DNA of 32,000 bases. Source: Micrococcus luteus NCTC 2665. Lineage in GTDB: Bacteria > Actinomycetota > Actinomycetes > Actinomycetales > Micrococcaceae. The translations under genes were made by a program, and so were the position numbers. How positions within the stretch are numbered: the stretch's first letter is position 1; every line of letters starts with the position of its first letter. Shown here in pieces: positions 25,314 to 32,000 of the stretch. The notes under the pieces are model-generated. The model did no database searches. It was not told where the DNA came from and saw only the letters and a list, made by a program, of their open reading frames with translations. Where the stretch lies: the NCBI RefSeq assembly GCF_000023205.1, contig NC_012803.1:1830001-1862000 (forward strand), given 5' to 3'.

Positions 25314-25364
25314 TGCTTCTCTCTTTCGATTCTCGAGAAGGTCAAGCGTGCTGTGCCCTCAGGC

Positions 25365-25646
25365 TCAGCGACGCTTGCCCTTCTTGTCGTCCTTCACGTG
25401 GCCGCGGAAGGTCCGGGTCGGGGCGAACTCGCCCAGTTTGTGACCCACCATGGACTCGGTGACGAACACCGGGACGTGCTTGCGTCCGTCGTGGACCGCG
25501 ATGGTGTGACCCAGCATGTCCGGGATGATCATCGACCGGCGGGACCAGGTCTTGATGACGTTCTTGCTGCCCTTCTCGTTCTCGGCCAGAACCTTCAGGT
25601 AGAGGTGCTGATCGACGAAGGGGCCCTTCTTCAGGCTGCGAGGCAT
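25365..25646 (-). CDS. rpsS: 30S ribosomal protein S19, 93 aa
   Basis: Track [17 protein letters not shown]...[30 protein letters not shown]... Confidence 0.97.
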   Translation of the reverse strand: MPRSLKKGPFVDQHLYLKVLAENEKGSKNVIKTWSRRSMIIPDMLGHTIAVHDGRKHVPVFVTESMVGHKLGEFAPTRTFRGHVKDDKKGKRR

Positions 25647-25661
25647 GTCTTCCCTGCTCCC

Positions 25662-26501
<840 letters not shown>

Positions 26502-26538
26502 GTGTCAGTTCCTCGATTAAGTGGTCTCCGCACGCCGA

Positions 26539-26844
26539 TCAGGCGAGCGGACCTCCGAAGATGTCGATGGTCCCGTCCTTGAGCGTGACGATGGCACGCT
26601 TGGTGGACTTGCGCTGGCCCCACCCGAAGCGGGTGCGGCGGCGCTTGCCGGAACGGTTCAGGGTGTTGACCGAGGCCACGTCGACGTTGAAGATGCGCTC
26701 CACCGCCTGCTTGATCTCGGACTTGTTGGAGCGGGGGTCGACCAGGAAGGTGTACTTGCCCTCGTCGATCAGACCGTAGCTCTTCTCCGACACGACGGGA
26801 GCGATGATCACGTCGCGGGGATCCTTGTTGATGGAGCCGCTCAC
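26539..26844 (-). CDS. rplW: 50S ribosomal protein L23, 101 aa
   Basis: Track ORF (GTGA overlap with the rplD stop). ...[13 protein letters not shown]....[32 protein letters not shown]. Confidence 0.96.
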   Translation of the reverse strand: MSGSINKDPRDVIIAPVVSEKSYGLIDEGKYTFLVDPRSNKSEIKQAVERIFNVDVASVNTLNRSGKRRRTRFGWGQRKSTKRAIVTLKDGTIDIFGGPLA

Positions 26845-27476
26845 TGGGCATCCTCCTTCTTGGCGCCGGAAGCCTGGGCCACGTACGCCTCGTAGGCCGC
26901 CTGGGTGAACACGACGTCGTCGGAGACGAGCACGTCGTAGGTGTTCAGCTGGTCGGCGTACAGGGTGTGGACCGCAGGCAGGTTGCGGGCGGACAGGGCG
27001 GCGACGTCGTCGGCCCGGTCGATCACCAGCAGCACGTTCTTGCGGCCGGTGTTCAGGGACGCGAGGCCCGCCTTGGCGGCCTTGGTGGACGGGGTGGTCC
27101 CGGACACGAGGGCCTCGACGACGTGGACGCGGCCGTTGCGGGCGCGGTCCGACAGGGCACCGCGCAGGGCGGCGGCCTTCATCTTCTTGGGGGTCCGCTG
27201 CGAGTAGTCGCGCGGGGTGGGGCCGTGGACGACGCCACCGCCGGTCATGTGCGGGGCCCGGATGGAGCCCTGACGGGCGCGGCCGGTGCCCTTCTGCTTG
27301 AACGGCTTGCGACCGGCACCGGACACCTCGCCGCGGCGCTTCGTCTTGTGCGTGCCCTGGCGGGCGGCGGCGAGCTGGGCGACGACGACCTGGTGCATGA
27401 GCGGCACGTTGGACTGCACGTCGAAGAGCTCGGCGGGCAGATCGACCTGGATGGTCTTCACGGAGTTCTCAGCCAT
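26841..27476 (-). CDS. rplD: 50S ribosomal protein L4, 211 aa
   Basis: Track ORF. ...[60 protein letters not shown]... Confidence 0.97.
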   Translation of the reverse strand: MAENSVKTIQVDLPAELFDVQSNVPLMHQVVVAQLAAARQGTHKTKRRGEVSGAGRKPFKQKGTGRARQGSIRAPHMTGGGVVHGPTPRDYSQRTPKKMKAAALRGALSDRARNGRVHVVEALVSGTTPSTKAAKAGLASLNTGRKNVLLVIDRADDVAALSARNLPAVHTLYADQLNTYDVLVSDDVVFTQAAYEAYVAQASGAKKEDAQ

Positions 27477-27480
27477 GGTC

Positions 27481-28131
27481 TCAGGCTCCCTTCACGGCGC
27501 TGCGGACGAGCACGACCTGGCCCTTGGAGCCGGGCACCGCGCCCTTGATCAGCAGGAGGTTGTTCTCCACGTCGATGCCGTGGAGGGTCAGGTTCATGGT
27601 GGTCTGGCGCACGGCGCCCATGCGACCGGGCATGCGCTGGCCCTTGAACACGCGGCCGGGGGTGGACGCGCCGCCCACGGAGCCGGGCTTGCGGTGGTTC
27701 TTGTGCGCACCGTGCGAGGCGCCCACACCGGCGAAGCCGTGGCGCTTCATGGCGCCGGCGAAGCCCTTGCCCTTGGTGGTGCCCACGACGTCGACCTTCT
27801 GGCCGGCCTCGAAGACCTCCACGGTCACGTCCTGGCCGAGCGAGTACTCGGCGGCGTCGGCGGTGCGCAGCTCGACGAGGTGGCGACGCGGGGTCACGCC
27901 GGCCTTCTCGAAGTGACCGGCCAGGGGCTTGGTCACGCGACGGGGATCGATCTGGCCGTAGGCGATCTGCACGGCGGTGTAGCCGTCGGTCTCCTCGGAG
28001 CGCAGCTGGGTGACGACGTTCGGGTCTGCCTTGACCACGGTCACGGGGATGAGCTTGTTGTCCTCATCCCAGACCTGGGTCATGCCGAGCTTCGTGCCCA
28101 GCAGGCCCTTGATGTTCTGGGTGTTGGTCAT
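27481..28131 (-). CDS. rplC: 50S ribosomal protein L3, 216 aa
   Basis: Track ORF. ...[26 protein letters not shown]...[14 protein letters not shown]...SHG....HR.PGS.G....PGRVFKG.RM.GRMG... Confidence 0.97.
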   Translation of the reverse strand: MTNTQNIKGLLGTKLGMTQVWDEDNKLIPVTVVKADPNVVTQLRSEETDGYTAVQIAYGQIDPRRVTKPLAGHFEKAGVTPRRHLVELRTADAAEYSLGQDVTVEVFEAGQKVDVVGTTKGKGFAGAMKRHGFAGVGASHGAHKNHRKPGSVGGASTPGRVFKGQRMPGRMGAVRQTTMNLTLHGIDVENNLLLIKGAVPGSKGQVVLVRSAVKGA

Positions 28132-28151
28132 AGTCTCTCAGCACCTCCCTC

Positions 28152-28460
28152 TCAGAGCTTGATCTCGATGTTGACGTCCGCGGGCAGGTCCAGTCGCATG
28201 AGCGAGTCGACGGCCTTCGGGGTCGGGTCGATGATGTCGATGAGCCGCTTGTGGGTGCGCATTTCGAAATGCTCGCGGCTGTCCTTGTACTTATGAGGAG
28301 AACGGATAACGCAGTACACGTTCTTCTCCGTCGGCAGCGGCACGGGGCCGACCACCGTCGCGCCTGCGCGCGTGACCGTGTCAACGATCTTGCGGGCCGA
28401 GACGTCGATGACCTCGTGGTCGTACGACTTCAGCCGGATGCGGATCTTCTGTCCCGCCAT
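28152..28460 (-). CDS. rpsJ: 30S ribosomal protein S10, 102 aa
   Basis: Track ORF 28152..28613 trimmed to ATG 28460: [29 protein letters not shown]...[39 protein letters not shown]... Confidence 0.97.
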   Translation of the reverse strand: MAGQKIRIRLKSYDHEVIDVSARKIVDTVTRAGATVVGPVPLPTEKNVYCVIRSPHKYKDSREHFEMRTHKRLIDIIDPTPKAVDSLMRLDLPADVNIEIKL

Positions 28461-28723
28461 GGCGTCACGCCTCTCTCGTCGGGTGTGCTGTTCCTGTCCC
28501 TGTACGGCGGATCGGGTCCGCCTTCGTGTCCTCCACCCGCGCGGGGCGAATCCGGTCGGACCGGGTTCCTCGCCGCCGCCGGACTCCGGTCCACGCGGTC
28601 GGGCGTGTCGCATTCCTGGGAGGGCACACGCCTGCGGCGGATCGGAGTGGTGACGTCACATCTGGGCCGAGCTGCCGCCGCGAGACACACGACGACGCGC
28701 AATGGCGCTTGAGCAACCGAATC

Positions 28724-28729
28724 AGTATA
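28724..28729 (-). promoter_or_regulatory. Candidate -10 box TATACT for the S10 operon
   Basis: AT-richer island TTCTGTCTATACTGATTCGGTTGCTCAAG directly after the upstream terminator. Implies a ~255-nt 5' leader before rpsJ. Confidence 0.4.
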
Positions 28730-28736
28730 GACAGAA

Positions 28737-28772
28737 CCGGGCCCGGTCCGCCAATCGGCGGGCCGGGCCCGG
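28737..28772 (-). terminator. Hairpin after the DUF3817 gene (16-bp stem with one mismatch, GATT loop), followed by TTCTGTCT
   Basis: CCGGGCCCGGCCCGCC-GATT-GGCGGACCGGGCCCGG on the minus strand, 14 nt after the stop at 28786. Confidence 0.65.
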
Positions 28773-28785
28773 CGGCCCCCGGGGC

Positions 28786-29253
28786 TCAGCGGCCCCACTC
28801 GGTGGGCGGGCCGGCGTTGAGCAGCAGCGTGAAGACGACGGCGACCACGGCGACCGCCACAAGCGCGCTGACCACCGGATGACGCACCACCACGACGAGG
28901 AGCCGTTCGAGGGGCCTCCGCTCCCCCGGCGCACGGTCCACGACCTGCCACCGCGGGGCCGGCTCGCCGCGCCGCCGCTGGGCCCGCTCGAACGGGACCG
29001 TCATGAACGGGACGATCGTCGAGCCGAGGCCGAGGAGCCCGCGGGTCACCGGCCATCGCCCGTCGATCCACACGGCGACCGTCACCACGAGGTAGCAGAG
29101 GAACACGAAGCCGTGGACGCCGCCGGCGACCGGCACCACCCGCTCCGTGACTCCGCCGTACTTGAGGCCCATGGCGATCAGCAGGCCGGCCCAGGTGAAC
29201 ATCTCGGCCATCGCCGTGATGGCGAACAGGCGGCGCGGGCTGGGCAAGCTCAT
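28786..29253 (-). CDS. DUF3817-family integral membrane protein with an extra C-terminal TM segment, 155 aa
   Basis: Track ORF. ...RRLFAITAMAEMFTWAGLLIAMGLKYGG...VAGGVHGFVFLCYLV...STIVPFMTVPFERAQRRRG matches my memory of the DUF3817 pattern (F..A..E..SW..L...M..KY....G..HG..F..Y....IP.GT..FE). Confidence 0.75.
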   Translation of the reverse strand: MSLPSPRRLFAITAMAEMFTWAGLLIAMGLKYGGVTERVVPVAGGVHGFVFLCYLVVTVAVWIDGRWPVTRGLLGLGSTIVPFMTVPFERAQRRRGEPAPRWQVVDRAPGERRPLERLLVVVVRHPVVSALVAVAVVAVVFTLLLNAGPPTEWGR

Positions 29254-29390
29254 CGTTCCAGCTCCCCGCCGCGGTTCGCCCGCCGGATGCGCCGGGCACG
29301 GTCGATCTCGGGACGGAAGGTCCGCAGCGTCCAGCGCACGGCCACGGCGGCCACGGCGAGCACCACGATGAGGATGAGCAGTTCAGGCAT
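29250..29390 (-). CDS. Hypothetical 46-aa single-TM peptide, translationally coupled (ATGA) to the DUF3817 gene
   Basis: Not in the track because it is too short. Hand translation gives MPELLILIVVLAVAAVAVRWTLRTFRPEIDRARRIRRANRGGELER*. High GC3. GAGGAC-ATG resembles the infA initiation context, and its stop overlaps the downstream ATG. Confidence 0.5.
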   Translation of the reverse strand: MPELLILIVVLAVAAVAVRWTLRTFRPEIDRARRIRRANRGGELER

Positions 29391-29432
29391 GTCCTCAGCC
29401 TAGCGGCCGCCGCCGCGCCGTCGTCGGACACG

Positions 29433-29475
29433 GCGACGCCCCCGCCTCCCGGAGACCCGGAGACGGGGGCGTCGC
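29433..29475 (-). terminator. tuf terminator hairpin (17-bp stem with one mismatch, 9-nt loop)
   Basis: GCGACGCCCCCGTCTCC-GGGTCTCCG-GGAGGCGGGGGCGTCGC, ~43 nt after the tuf stop. Confidence 0.7.
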
Positions 29476-29517
29476 ACGTCAGCGGCTCAACGGAGCCACA
29501 AGACGGGATGCGTCAGA

Positions 29518-30708
<1,191 letters not shown>

Positions 30709-30781
30709 TAGTTCCTCCTAAGAACTGGTTCATCGTCAAGAAGACTGCTCAGCCGCCTGGGACGTGCTGACAACTTGACTG

Positions 30782-30787
30782 AGTCTA
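30782..30787 (-). promoter_or_regulatory. Candidate -10 box TAGACT (CCGAGTAGACTCAGTC) for tuf
   Basis: Sits in the markedly AT-richer 3' half of the fusA-tuf spacer (30709-30800), ~70 nt upstream of the tuf GTG. Confidence 0.4.
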
Positions 30788-30924
30788 CTCGGATGGTACG
30801 GGGTTGGGGAAATCCCGGCCTCACGAGGGCCAGTCCGGTTCCAGGCCGTCGGGACCGCCGGAAGCGGACCGGACCTGACCCGTCCTGATCGCGAACCGCC
30901 GCGCCGGGGAGGGCGGTCCGGTCG

Positions 30925-30961
30925 CCCCGGGCCGGCCGCGGCTGCGGCGGCCGACCCGGGG
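30925..30961 (-). terminator. Hairpin after fusA (15-bp stem including one U.G pair, 7-nt loop)
   Basis: CCCCGGGTCGGCCGC-CGCAGCC-GCGGCCGGCCCGGGG, ~30 nt after the fusA stop. It likely acts as a partial terminator or attenuator. Confidence 0.5.
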
Positions 30962-30989
30962 CAGGTCGTTCAGAGCAGGTGACCTGCGG

Positions 30990-32000
<1,011 letters not shown>

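Noticed and set aside
28152-28330. Locally lower GC3 inside rpsJ (GTT, CGT, TCT, CCT, CAT, GAA codons) considered as a sign of foreign origin
   Set aside because: The protein is a perfectly conserved S10. T-ending codons such as CGT and GTT are a common translational-optimisation signature of highly expressed genes in high-GC bacteria.
28430-29431. 333-aa minus ORF spanning the S10 leader, the DUF3817 gene and the micro-ORF
   Set aside because: It is in a different frame from the DUF3817 match and runs through a terminator hairpin and the promoter island. The translation is Arg/Pro/Gly-rich.

Overview
High-GC (roughly 70%+) actinobacterial chromosome segment, probably from the Micrococcaceae. 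This guess rests on GC content, gene order and an spc cluster without S14; it is not a database result.

About 24 kb of the window is the minus-strand translation super-cluster:
- fusA (5' end outside the window) and tuf
- a 46-aa TM peptide plus a DUF3817 membrane protein
- S10 operon: rpsJ-rplC-rplD-rplW-rplB-rpsS-rplV-rpsC-rplP-rpmC-rpsQ
- spc operon: rplN-rplX-rplE-rpsH-rplF-rplR-rpsE-rpmD-rplO
- secY-adk-map
- infA-rpmJ
- rpsM-rpsK-rpoA-rplQ-truA
- rplM-rpsI

The left 9.7 kb is a cell-envelope and metabolism neighbourhood: ppk2 (-), a Tat-lipoprotein Amidase_2 (+), glmM plus a small TM ORF (-), mscL (+), a VanY-like peptidase and coaA (+), a decayed galE (-), glmS (-) and the 5' part of glgX (-).

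Many long ORFs in the supplied track are antisense or out-of-frame artefacts of the GC content. Several real starts were trimmed using conserved N-termini and Shine-Dalgarno (SD) sites. Three genes missing from the track were read by hand: rpmJ, the glgX fragment and a 46-aa ORF.

I see no rRNA or tRNA, CRISPR, IS or transposase, prophage, defence, toxin-antitoxin or biosynthetic cluster. I cannot honestly nominate a convincing new multi-gene system; this is mostly an ordinary core region.

The points most worth a second look are:
- a galE relic with two 1-nt frameshifts, a dead catalytic Tyr and a lost 3' end
- a possible frameshift separating the VanY-like peptidase from its lipoprotein signal peptide
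- ribosomal protein L17 carrying a 120-aa C-terminal extension that ends in a small folded-looking module
- a perfect 23-bp hairpin plus an internal promoter between rplO and secY
- absence of rpsN and rpsD from their canonical slots
- four housekeeping genes with leaderless-type promoter geometry
- a recurring TAGACTC -10-like element
- a translationally coupled micro-ORF/DUF3817 pair between tuf and rpsJ
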